Of a DNA stretch of 64,000 nt, positions 9,252-17,905 are shown piece after piece. The stretch lies in assembly GCA_039818205.1 (NCBI GenBank), contig JBCBUK010000003.1:96001-160000 (forward strand), given 5' to 3'. This DNA is from Verrucomicrobiota bacterium (GTDB taxonomy: Bacteria; Verrucomicrobiota; Verrucomicrobiia; Opitutales; Cerasicoccaceae). The position numbers and the translations under genes were made by a program. Within the stretch, counting starts at the first letter, position 1. The number at the start of each line of letters is the position of its first letter. The notes beneath the pieces are model-generated. The model was given only the letters and a program-made list of their open reading frames with translations, was not told the origin of the DNA and did no database searches.

Positions 9252-10238
9252 CTAGTTGAGTGCTCCGCCACACGACGAACCGGCTCCAGCCGTGCAGCCG
9301 AAGCAGTGGGGGCCCGTTGCAATGGGACGCGAGAAGTCTTTTTCGGTGATGTCCCAAACGCGCGGCGGTGAGTCTCCAGCCCAGATCATGCCAAGCTGTT
9401 GATTAAAGTCACAATCGTAAACATATCCCTGCCAATCAATGCTTAATGTATCGCGGCACATGAGGTGGTTTACCGAGCCCGGGTTAAAATTATCCACCAG
9501 GAGCTTCATATAGTCCGCGAGTTGTCCCTGCCGCTTTAGCCAGGAGGCAAATCGGGCAATTGGCATATTGGTGATGGTGTAGAGCTGGTGAAACTCGATC
9601 CCGAAGTGTTTTTTCAATTCCGTTTTGTAGTCGGCTTCGAGTTCGGCCTGATCGGGTGGTAGGGACGCGCCCACGGGATTGTAGACCAGATTCAGGGGCA
9701 GAGCATCATCGATTCCGTAGCCCAAGGAGTTCAAGAGCTGAAGGGCTTTGATGCTGCCGTCGAAGACGCCATCGCCGCGCTGGGCGTTAACATTGTCCGG
9801 AGAATAACAGGGCATTGAAGCGGTGATCTCGACGCGGTTTTGCGCCATAAATTCCGCAAGTCCCTCATAGCCAGGCTCCAACAGGATCGTTAAATTGCAG
9901 CGATCGATAATGCGGCGTTGGGCATCCTGAGCCCTAAGCGTTTCGATCAGGTAGCGGAAATCCGGGATCATCTCGGGGGCACCTCCCGTGAGGTCGACGA
10001 TTGGTAGGGGAAACTTTTCCAGCCATCCCAATAGGCCGTCAACCGTTTCCCGAGTCATAATTTCTTTCCGACTGGGGCCCGCATTCACATGGCAATGGAT
10101 GCAGGTGAGATTGCACAATCGGCCAACGTTAACCTGTAAGGTAGTTGGCTGGGAGCGGACGAGCTCCTGACCCGCGGCTCTCAGCGCCGCAAGGAAATTT
10201 GGCGCCGGTCTTTCGGCTATCTTCGTGTCATTTAGCAT
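9252..10238 (-). CDS. arsS: Arsenosugar biosynthesis radical SAM protein ArsS (TIGR04167-type; Cys form)
   Basis: LQVNVGRLCNLTCIHCHVNAGP (CxxxCxxC), DLTGGAPE, LNLVYNP, LMCR, YDCDFNQ and C-terminal HCFGCTAGAGSSCGGAL. Confidence 0.95.
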   Translation of the reverse strand: MLNDTKIAERPAPNFLAALRAAGQELVRSQPTTLQVNVGRLCNLTCIHCHVNAGPSRKEIMTRETVDGLLGWLEKFPLPIVDLTGGAPEMIPDFRYLIETLRAQDAQRRIIDRCNLTILLEPGYEGLAEFMAQNRVEITASMPCYSPDNVNAQRGDGVFDGSIKALQLLNSLGYGIDDALPLNLVYNPVGASLPPDQAELEADYKTELKKHFGIEFHQLYTITNMPIARFASWLKRQGQLADYMKLLVDNFNPGSVNHLMCRDTLSIDWQGYVYDCDFNQQLGMIWAGDSPPRVWDITEKDFSRPIATGPHCFGCTAGAGSSCGGALN

Positions 10239-10255
10239 GAGTGGGCAATCTCTTT

Positions 10256-10283
10256 AGCATGTGTGCGTCGCGTTGAAGGTCAA
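10256..10283 (-). promoter_or_regulatory. Possible sigma70-type promoter for the arsS operon
   Basis: Minus strand TTGACC-N16-CATGCT, ending 18 nt before the arsS ATG. Confidence 0.3.
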
Positions 10284-10351
10284 TTCCTTGCAAAGTATCT
10301 CCGAACCTGATTTACCTGTAATGAAACCAACGGTGTCGCGACCAATTGGGA

Positions 10352-11083
10352 ATGAAACGCTTCTTAGCATTGCTATTCTTTGCCGCATGGACCTCGCTGA
10401 ACGCCGGGACCCATTCGGACTTGTATAACTCCTATGGTGAGTTGCTGTCCAAATACGTTAAACCATCAGGAGTAGATTATCAATCCTGGGTGGTCAATGA
10501 CGAGGATGTGGACGCGCTTTACGATTTGCTCATGGCGATGTCCATTGTCGACGTCGACTCACTGTCTGATGACGAGCAGCAGGCGTTTTACATCAATTTA
10601 TACAATGCGGCAATGATCCAAGCAGTCTTGGAGAATTATCCGCTTAAGACGGTCACGACGATATTGCCGGGTTTTGGGATTTTCGAAAAGAAATACATCC
10701 AGCTGGGCGACCGCGTATTGTCGCTGAACGAAGTTGAAAAATCGATTTTGTTGGAGCGGTGGGACGAGCCTCGGATTCATTTTGCGGTCAATTGCGCCAG
10801 TGCTAGTTGCCCGCCTTTGCGCAACGAGCCCTTTACCGGCGAAAAGCTGGAAACCCAGCTACAAGAGCAGACCGAACAGTTTGCTGAAACCAAGCATGCT
10901 CTTCGACTCGACCGCAAAAACCGCACTGCCTATGTCAGCTCATTGTTTGATTGGTATGCTGACGACTTTCCCGGTGATTCACCGCTACACTACCTGAACC
11001 GCTACCGTCAGAAATCGATTCCAACTCGCTACAAGGTGAAGTTCATCAACTATGACTGGTCGCTCAACGAAGCCAAAAACTAG
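10352..11083 (+). CDS. DUF547 family exported protein
   Basis: Signal peptide MKRFLALLFFAAWTSLNA; AFYINLYNA, RIHFAVNCASASCPPL, FDWYADDF and YDWSLN motifs. Confidence 0.92.
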   Translation: MKRFLALLFFAAWTSLNAGTHSDLYNSYGELLSKYVKPSGVDYQSWVVNDEDVDALYDLLMAMSIVDVDSLSDDEQQAFYINLYNAAMIQAVLENYPLKTVTTILPGFGIFEKKYIQLGDRVLSLNEVEKSILLERWDEPRIHFAVNCASASCPPLRNEPFTGEKLETQLQEQTEQFAETKHALRLDRKNRTAYVSSLFDWYADDFPGDSPLHYLNRYRQKSIPTRYKVKFINYDWSLNEAKN

Positions 11084-11114
11084 TCTCACGAACCCAAACT
11101 TTTTGTAAGGTCTT

Positions 11115-13418
11115 ATGGCTGCTATTTCTCGCTACTATCACTGGCTCCACGGCAAATGGCCGTCGGGTGCCACCGAAAAAATGCCCAAGATCGCTGAAGA
11201 TGGGCAAACCGACATTCCCGGCGTTCGCGTCGTGGGTGACTTGACCGGTGTTCCTTTGCTCAAGTTCTCCGCCGACACCGGGGCAAAGGCCATCGATGGC
11301 ATCCTCGCCGAAAACGATTTCAAGCCAGGAGACGATCCCGAAGTCTTGGACGTCGCGATCATTGGAGCAGGGGTGTCGGGTATCTCTGCCGCGATCCAAG
11401 CCAAGAAGGCAGGCCTGCGCTACGAGGTGTTTGAATCTCAGGAAAGCTTTTCGACGATCCGGAATTTTCCGCGTCGCAAGCCAATTTACACCTATCCGAC
11501 CAACATGGAGCCGGCGGGCGAAATGCGGTTTCGCGCTGATGTGAAGGAAGATTTGCTCGTTGAGCTCGAAGCGCAGCGCGTTGAGCACGGTATTGAAACA
11601 ACCGTTGGAGAGGTCGACCACGTCGAACACGGTGGAAGCGGCCTTAAGGTCGTTTTCAAGGAGAAGTCAGGCCGTGACCCACAGCGGGCGCAGCGCGTCA
11701 TTGTGGCAATTGGCCGGACGGGTAATTTCCGGAAGCTGAATGTCCCCGGCGAGAATTTGGACAAGGTGTCGAATCGCCTGATTGATGCCCGCGAGTTCAA
11801 GGGGCAAAAGGTGCTCGTCGTTGGCGGTGGAGACTCGGCTTTGGAAGCTGCCATCTCTTTGGCGGAAGAAGGTGCCGAGGTAACGCTCAGCTATCGCAGC
11901 GCCGAGTTCAAACGCCCGAAGCCAGACAATATCGATCGTATTCAGCAGATGGCGAAAGACGGGGAGTTGGCCCTGATGATGCGCTCGAACGTTCAGGATA
12001 TTGGTGAGGAATCAGTCACGATCTGCGATGAGAATGATCAGGACGTTACCAAATCCATTGACCAGGTCTTTATTTTGATTGGCCGTGAGCCACCCTTGGA
12101 TTTTTTCCGGAAGTCGAAAGTTTCCATTATCGGAGAGCTGACGACGAAGAGCATCATTGGGTTGGTCGCCTTCCTGGCGGTGATGACTTTTCTCTACCAC
12201 CTGAAGGCCTACAAGCCATTCCTGGGAATTCCGGGAACGAATCTCTGGCAGGTCTTTTCCGCCAACAAATGGTTCCCATTCAATCTGCCGATTGCAGGGG
12301 GTGATAGCAGTTTCCTGCATGTGATCACCAAGAATGCTGCCAGCGATCCAGGCTTCCTCTTCGCCTTCCTGTACACGATGGTGATCGTCATTTTTGGGGC
12401 AAAGCGGATCAAGCGGCGTAAAACACCGTACGTAACCCGACAGACGCTCACCCTGATGGCGTTTCAGGTGATTCCGTTGTTCATTCTTCCTTACGTGGTG
12501 TTGCCTTGGATGGGGGCGAACGGCTGGTTTACCAGCGGCGGAATTGGTGAGTGGTTTGGCATGACTTTCTTGTCGAACGGCCCCGGAACCACGCCGGACC
12601 AGTATTGGCGGGCCTTCGGGTTTATTCTGGCCTGGCCCTTGTTCATTTACAACGTGTTCACCCCGGGTCCGCTTTGGGGGTGGCTCGTGTTGAGCCTGAT
12701 CCAGACTTTCATCATTATCCCGCTGATTGTTCGTCGCTGGGGGAAGGGTGCCTATTGCGGATGGATTTGCTCCTGCGGCGCGATGGCTGAAACCTTGGGC
12801 GACCAGCATCGACACAAGATGCCCCATGGCCCCAAGGTCAATCGCCTGAACATGATCGGGCAGGCTATCTTGGCGATCGCTTTCCTGCTACTGGCGTTGA
12901 GAGTCGTCGGCTGGGTCGTCCCCAACAACGGATTCAACCAGTTTGTTTCGGGGTTAATCGGGGACAACAGTTTCTTCAGCTACAAGGTCATCATCGACCT
13001 GTGGCTCGCCGGTGCGATTGGCTATGGATTGTATTTTCATTATTCCGGTCGGGTCTGGTGCCGCTTTGCGTGTCCTCTGGCCGCATTGATGCACATTTAC
13101 GCCCGTTTCTCGAAATTCCGCATTTTCGCCGACAAGAAGAAGTGCATCTCGTGTAACGCCTGCACGTCGATTTGCCACCAGGGCATCGATATCATGAATT
13201 TCGCGAACAAGGGGCTTCCCCTGGAGGATCCCGAGTGCGTCCGCTGTTCAGCTTGTGTGCAGGTTTGCCCGACCGGCGTGCTGAATTTCGGACGCTTCGA
13301 CAAGAACGACAAAGCAGTCCTCGAACGCCTTTGGGCCTCGCCGGTGCAGATGCGTGAAGCGGAGATCAGTGCGACGCCGATTGACGATTATTTGTCCCAG
13401 GCAACGAAAAAAGTCTGA
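11115..13418 (+). CDS. FAD/NAD(P)H oxidoreductase (TrxR/YpdA-like) fused to a NapH/FixG-like membrane iron-sulfur domain
   Basis: IIGAGVSG (FAD), VVGGGDSALE (NAD(P)H), about 7 TM helices, CGWICSCG and CRFACP motifs, and two [4Fe-4S] motifs CISCNACTSICH and CVRCSACVQVCP. Confidence 0.88.
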   Translation: MAAISRYYHWLHGKWPSGATEKMPKIAEDGQTDIPGVRVVGDLTGVPLLKFSADTGAKAIDGILAENDFKPGDDPEVLDVAIIGAGVSGISAAIQAKKAGLRYEVFESQESFSTIRNFPRRKPIYTYPTNMEPAGEMRFRADVKEDLLVELEAQRVEHGIETTVGEVDHVEHGGSGLKVVFKEKSGRDPQRAQRVIVAIGRTGNFRKLNVPGENLDKVSNRLIDAREFKGQKVLVVGGGDSALEAAISLAEEGAEVTLSYRSAEFKRPKPDNIDRIQQMAKDGELALMMRSNVQDIGEESVTICDENDQDVTKSIDQVFILIGREPPLDFFRKSKVSIIGELTTKSIIGLVAFLAVMTFLYHLKAYKPFLGIPGTNLWQVFSANKWFPFNLPIAGGDSSFLHVITKNAASDPGFLFAFLYTMVIVIFGAKRIKRRKTPYVTRQTLTLMAFQVIPLFILPYVVLPWMGANGWFTSGGIGEWFGMTFLSNGPGTTPDQYWRAFGFILAWPLFIYNVFTPGPLWGWLVLSLIQTFIIIPLIVRRWGKGAYCGWICSCGAMAETLGDQHRHKMPHGPKVNRLNMIGQAILAIAFLLLALRVVGWVVPNNGFNQFVSGLIGDNSFFSYKVIIDLWLAGAIGYGLYFHYSGRVWCRFACPLAALMHIYARFSKFRIFADKKKCISCNACTSICHQGIDIMNFANKGLPLEDPECVRCSACVQVCPTGVLNFGRFDKNDKAVLERLWASPVQMREAEISATPIDDYLSQATKKV

Positions 13419-13494
13419 TTACTAACCCAGCATTGCCGGTGCTTTGATCTTGCTAGGATGGTCGGAAGCCATTCTCTGGACGAATCTTTTCTAA

Positions 13495-14976
13495 ATGGTG
13501 CTATTCTCTCACTTAATCTGGTGGACCTACGGACTGATGTGCTTTTTGCTTTTCGCATACGGCATCAACAGCTACGTCCTGATCGCATTGTTCGGGCGCC
13601 GCAAGCGGTTAGCCCTCGAAGATAATAAGCACCGCGCGGAGCAGTTTACTCAGAAGCTGGACAAAGGCGACGCTCAATGGCCACGGGTCTTGACGCAGTT
13701 GCCGGTCTACAACGAGCTGAATGTCGCTGAGCGTGTAATCCGAGCTGCGGTCGCCATGGAATACCCGGAAGGCTTGCATGAGGTCCAGGTCCTGGACGAC
13801 TCGACCGACGAAACTTGCGGAATGATCGATAAGGTCGTTGAGGAGTTGCAGGCCGAAGGCAAAAACGTGCGGGTGGTTCGTCGGGAGGATCGAGTCGGCT
13901 TTAAGGCAGGCGCATTAAATGAGGGGATGCACCAAAGCGATGCGCCACTGATTGCAATCTTTGACAGCGACTTCGTGCCTAATCCCGACTTTTTGTTGCG
14001 CAGCGTGCCGCAGATTGTTGAGCAGCCGGAAGTTGCTTTGGTGCAAGCGCGGTGGGGTCATCTAAACGATGACGAGTCCTGGTTGACCCGTTCGCTATCG
14101 ATTGGTATCGACGGTCACTTTGCCATCGAGCAACCCGCGCGGGCCTGGAACCAGCTCTACTTGAATTTTAATGGAACCGCCGGGGTGTGGCGCCGTGAAG
14201 CGATCGTTGATGCCGGTGGCTGGGAGGCTGATACGCTTACCGAAGACATGGACTTGTCCTACCGGGCTCAAATGAAAGGCTGGCGGATCCACTATTTGTT
14301 CGACGTCGCAGTACCGGCTGAGTTGCCGAATACCTTCGCCGCGTTCAAGAGCCAGCAGTTTCGTTGGGCCAAGGGATCTATCCAAACGGCGATCAAGCAC
14401 CTGCCTCGGGTGATCAAATCGAACGTGGGCACATTTAAGAAGGTGCAATCGATCTTCCACCTGACGCATTATTACATCCATATTTGCATGCTCTCGCTGG
14501 CTTTGCTGGCTTTGCCACTCCTATTTGCGCAGAACGCCGCACCGAGCCCCTGGGTCTGGATCGTGATCTCCTTACCGATTCTCCTGTCGACCGTTGGGCC
14601 GAGCCTGTTATATGTCGTCAGCCAGTTTGCCATCGATCCGCGGGTCGCCTGGCGGAAGCTTCGTTATTTGCCGGGTCTTATCCTGATTGGTTTTGGCATC
14701 TCGCTTTCAAATGCCCGGGCGGTTGTCGAGGCGCTTATTGGCCGCAAGACGGAGTTCGTGCGAACGCCCAAATGCGGTGTTTCCTCGCTGAAAAAATATA
14801 AGCTACCGAAGAACAGCCTACCTTGGTTTGAGATCCTTTTGGGTGCATACTGCCTTTTCACTTTGGTGTTGGCCTTGAAACTGGATCGTCCGGCATTGGG
14901 ACCGTTCATTCTGGTCTACATTATTGGATACTTGACGGTGGGCGGCTGTAGTTTGATGGAAACCCGGCGTCAGTAA
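13495..14976 (+). CDS. Cellulose-synthase-like GT2 membrane glycosyltransferase
   Basis: QLPVYNE, DDSTD, FKAGAL, FDSDF, LTEDMDLS and QQFRWAKG (D,D,D,QxxRW signature); N- and C-terminal TM helices. Confidence 0.92.
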   Translation: MVLFSHLIWWTYGLMCFLLFAYGINSYVLIALFGRRKRLALEDNKHRAEQFTQKLDKGDAQWPRVLTQLPVYNELNVAERVIRAAVAMEYPEGLHEVQVLDDSTDETCGMIDKVVEELQAEGKNVRVVRREDRVGFKAGALNEGMHQSDAPLIAIFDSDFVPNPDFLLRSVPQIVEQPEVALVQARWGHLNDDESWLTRSLSIGIDGHFAIEQPARAWNQLYLNFNGTAGVWRREAIVDAGGWEADTLTEDMDLSYRAQMKGWRIHYLFDVAVPAELPNTFAAFKSQQFRWAKGSIQTAIKHLPRVIKSNVGTFKKVQSIFHLTHYYIHICMLSLALLALPLLFAQNAAPSPWVWIVISLPILLSTVGPSLLYVVSQFAIDPRVAWRKLRYLPGLILIGFGISLSNARAVVEALIGRKTEFVRTPKCGVSSLKKYKLPKNSLPWFEILLGAYCLFTLVLALKLDRPALGPFILVYIIGYLTVGGCSLMETRRQ

Positions 14977-16979
14977 TGACGCCCGTTGACCAATTGCGTA
15001 ATTGGGTGTTTTGCCTCCTGGCGATTCTGCTCGTTGCGGTCGCATTGGTCTACGGGGAGATTGTGACAGCGTTCGATGCCGAGGGTGTTGCTCGGGTTTG
15101 GATTTATTTCTTGTTGGGGTTGAGCGGGTTTGCGCTGGTGTTCTGTTGGCCGCGACTGACGCCGAAGCGAGAGGTGGCTTTGCTACTCCTTTTGGGCGCT
15201 GTGGTGCGCTTGGCTCTTTTGCCAACAGCACCCTCAGACGACATCCATCGCTACCTATGGGAGGGTAAACTTGTTGCCGATGGCGTGAGCCCGTATGCGG
15301 CCACGGCCGATGACCCCATCTTCGCTGCCTATTTCGATGACCAGTGGGAGCGGATGAACCATCGGGACAAATGGACGGCCTATCCGCCTGGATCGGAACT
15401 CGTGTTCGCGCTGCTGGCAAAAATCAGTTACAGCACAACGGCGTTTAAGTTGGCGTTTATCGGGTTAGACCTGGTGGTTGTCGCCTTGGTGGCTGGCTTG
15501 CTGCACTTTCGATCGCTACCACTTCGCTGGGCTGGCTTCTATGCGTTTAACCCGATTGTGCTCATCTCATTTGCCGGGGAAGGACACTTCGATGTGCTGA
15601 TGATTGCACCCATGGTGGCCGCAGTTCTCGCCTCGGAACATAAGCGGTATTGGTTGGCTTTTGTCCTGTTGGGGATTGCGGTTCAGATGAAGATTTTCGC
15701 GCTCCTGGCGTTACCGTTTCTGATACGCGAGTGCGGATGGAAATACCTCGGTGCATTTATTCTCACGGTGGTGGTCATCTCGATTCCCTTCGCGGCGGAT
15801 ATTGGTAACATGGTCAATGGGCTTTTCCTTTTCGGCTCGGGGCGTAGTTTCAATGGCTTCGTGTATGATACCTGGCTGCGATGGTTTGATTCCCGGACCG
15901 TCGCGAACATCATTACGGCTGTTTTATTTTTGGGCCTCTGCGCATGGCGTTATTTTTCCAAAGCGCGATCCCATTGGGAAGGGGATTGGTATTTCGTTAT
16001 TGGAGCGCTGTTGATTCTTAGTCCGACGGTTCACTTTTGGTACCTGACATGGTTATTGCCCTTTGTCGCGCTACGCCCATCGATCGCGTGGCTTTGCTTT
16101 AGTTTAACCATGGGCGTCTATTTCCTGGTTTGGTCCAACGCCGAGTCGGGAGCGTGGGGCCTTACTCGCTTTGAATCAGGATTAATCTGGGTTCCGTTCT
16201 TGGCACTAGGGATTTATGAATGGACCCACTTTCATCGCAAGAAGGTGGAACGCCGTCGTGATTTTCCTGAAGGCTTGTCGGTTATCATACCGACCTTCAA
16301 TGCGGCCGATCATTTGCCTGACTGCTTGCAGTCGGTTGAAGCATCGAGCACGCCCGCTGAGGAGATCATTGTCGCGGACGGCGGCTCAACCGATAACACT
16401 TTGAACGTGGCTTCGCGAAACGAATGCCAGGTGGTGACGAGCCCGCTCGGGCGGGGAGAGCAGATTGCTGCTGGCTTGGAGCAGGCTAAGTATCGCTATG
16501 TGTTGATCTTGCACGCTGATTGCGTTCTGGGAACGCATGCCATCAAGCGCCTTCATCGACTCCTGAAAGATTCTCCGTTTGTGGTCGGCGGTTCCCTCGG
16601 ACAGCGCTTTAATCGGGCGAGCCCGATGTTGTTGTTTATTGAGGTGCTGAACGAGATTCGGGCAACGGTAGGCAGCGTGTCATTTGGAGATCAGGCGCAG
16701 TTTTTTGACCGTCGCTATCTTTCCAATGAGGCCTACCCGGCGCAGCCTTTGATGGAGGACGTAGAGCTGAGCCTGCGACTTCGTGAGCGGGGCCAGTGTG
16801 CTTATCTGGGTGAGGAGTTGGTCTCGGAAAGCGCGAAATGGCAACGCGTTGGCAGTTGGCAACGGATTGCCTTGGTATTTCGCTTTGTCGCCGTGTACCG
16901 TTGGACGCGGATCTGGTTTCCGGGGAAGGTCGGTGAGCTTAGCCGACGCCTTTACCGTGAGTATTATAGGCAGTCTTGA
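14976..16979 (+). CDS. Fusion of a GT-C (GT87/DUF2029-like) membrane glycosyltransferase and a TIGR04283-type GT2 domain
   Basis: N-terminal ~430 aa polytopic domain with SDDIHRYLWEG, YPP, NP, GHFD and VHFWY; from ~16272 a GT2 domain with SVIIPTFNA, DGGSTD, HAD, FGDQAQF and PLMEDVEL. Confidence 0.85.
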   Translation: MTPVDQLRNWVFCLLAILLVAVALVYGEIVTAFDAEGVARVWIYFLLGLSGFALVFCWPRLTPKREVALLLLLGAVVRLALLPTAPSDDIHRYLWEGKLVADGVSPYAATADDPIFAAYFDDQWERMNHRDKWTAYPPGSELVFALLAKISYSTTAFKLAFIGLDLVVVALVAGLLHFRSLPLRWAGFYAFNPIVLISFAGEGHFDVLMIAPMVAAVLASEHKRYWLAFVLLGIAVQMKIFALLALPFLIRECGWKYLGAFILTVVVISIPFAADIGNMVNGLFLFGSGRSFNGFVYDTWLRWFDSRTVANIITAVLFLGLCAWRYFSKARSHWEGDWYFVIGALLILSPTVHFWYLTWLLPFVALRPSIAWLCFSLTMGVYFLVWSNAESGAWGLTRFESGLIWVPFLALGIYEWTHFHRKKVERRRDFPEGLSVIIPTFNAADHLPDCLQSVEASSTPAEEIIVADGGSTDNTLNVASRNECQVVTSPLGRGEQIAAGLEQAKYRYVLILHADCVLGTHAIKRLHRLLKDSPFVVGGSLGQRFNRASPMLLFIEVLNEIRATVGSVSFGDQAQFFDRRYLSNEAYPAQPLMEDVELSLRLRERGQCAYLGEELVSESAKWQRVGSWQRIALVFRFVAVYRWTRIWFPGKVGELSRRLYREYYRQS

Positions 16980-17147
16980 GCTGATTCGGAATCTCGATTC
17001 GCGATCGATATGCCTAAATGATTCCAATTGAGGTATTTGTGATTGTCGGCCGGGGAGGGGAATGACTGGACTTTTTGCTTGTCAATAGGGGGTCCAAACG
17101 ACACTTTTAACGGTTTTCCCTGATTTTCATCCAAATTGGAACCGCAT

Positions 17148-17363
17148 ATGCGCGACGAATACTTAATCGAAGCCCAAAAAAAAATCGAAGATCCCAACAT
17201 CCTCATCAACCTGGTGAGCCGCCGCGTTAAGCAGCTGAAATATGGGATGAAGCCACTCGTCGAGTCATTAGAAAAACTCGAGCCAGAAGACATCGCCCTG
17301 CGCGAGGTGATCGAAGGCAAGATCGACTACGAGTTATATCATTCCTCAGACTCGGCCCTTTAA
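17148..17363 (+). CDS. rpoZ: RNA polymerase omega subunit
   Basis: LINLVSRRVKQL...P...DIALREVIEGKI motif; 71 aa. Confidence 0.9.
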   Translation: MRDEYLIEAQKKIEDPNILINLVSRRVKQLKYGMKPLVESLEKLEPEDIALREVIEGKIDYELYHSSDSAL

Positions 17364-17387
17364 TAAGAGCCGGCTAGAAAATTTCAG

Positions 17388-17418
17388 CGGATTGGCTCGA
17401 CGGGCCAGTCCGTTTTTT
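17388..17418 (+). terminator. Intrinsic terminator-like hairpin after rpoZ
   Basis: CGGATTGGCTC-gac-GGGCCAGTCCG (11-bp stem with two G-U pairs) followed by TTTTTT. Confidence 0.65.
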
Positions 17419-17431
17419 GTTTCCCACTATC

Positions 17432-17902
17432 ATGGCCAAGAAAAAGAAAGATCAAATTCGCGAGGTGCGCAATGCGAAGGCGTTCCACAACTACTTCGTG
17501 GGCGATCGTTTCGAGGCGGGCATCAAGCTCACCGGGCCAGAGGTTAAGTCGATCCGCGCTGGTAAGGGGCAGATCTCTGAGTCCTTCGTCCGGATTGATA
17601 GCGATGGAGTGCCGACGCTTTATCACGCCTATATTGATGAGTTTCGGTTCGATAATACGGGGAAGCACAATCCGACCCGCCCGCGGAAGCTCCTCCTGCA
17701 CAAGAAGGAGATCGACCGGCTGAAGAAGGAAATGGAAGCCGGTGGCCAGGCACTCGTCCCGATCCGCCTTTATTTTAAGCAAGCGCTCATCAAGGTCGAG
17801 ATCGCTCTTTGCAAAGGAAAGAAGCTCCAGGATAAGCGCGAGTCTCTGAAAAAGAAGCAGCAGATGCGTGAGGCCGATCGCGTGGTCGCCAACCGGCGAT
17901 AA
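17432..17902 (+). CDS. smpB: SsrA-binding protein SmpB
   Basis: NAKAFHNY, FEAGIKLTGPEVKSIR, RKLLLHKKEI and KGKK..DKRE motifs. Confidence 0.97.
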   Translation: MAKKKKDQIREVRNAKAFHNYFVGDRFEAGIKLTGPEVKSIRAGKGQISESFVRIDSDGVPTLYHAYIDEFRFDNTGKHNPTRPRKLLLHKKEIDRLKKEMEAGGQALVPIRLYFKQALIKVEIALCKGKKLQDKRESLKKKQQMREADRVVANRR

Positions 17903-17905
17903 ACA

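Noticed and set aside
9252..9290. Selenocysteine in ArsS (the family includes selenoproteins with Sec in the C-terminal GSSxGG motif)
   Set aside because: The codon is TGT (Cys) and the gene ends in TAG; no in-frame TGA read-through candidate was seen in the locus.
12012..12827. 271-aa minus-strand ORF
   Set aside because: Antisense to the membrane domain of the oxidoreductase; its composition mirrors hydrophobic codons.
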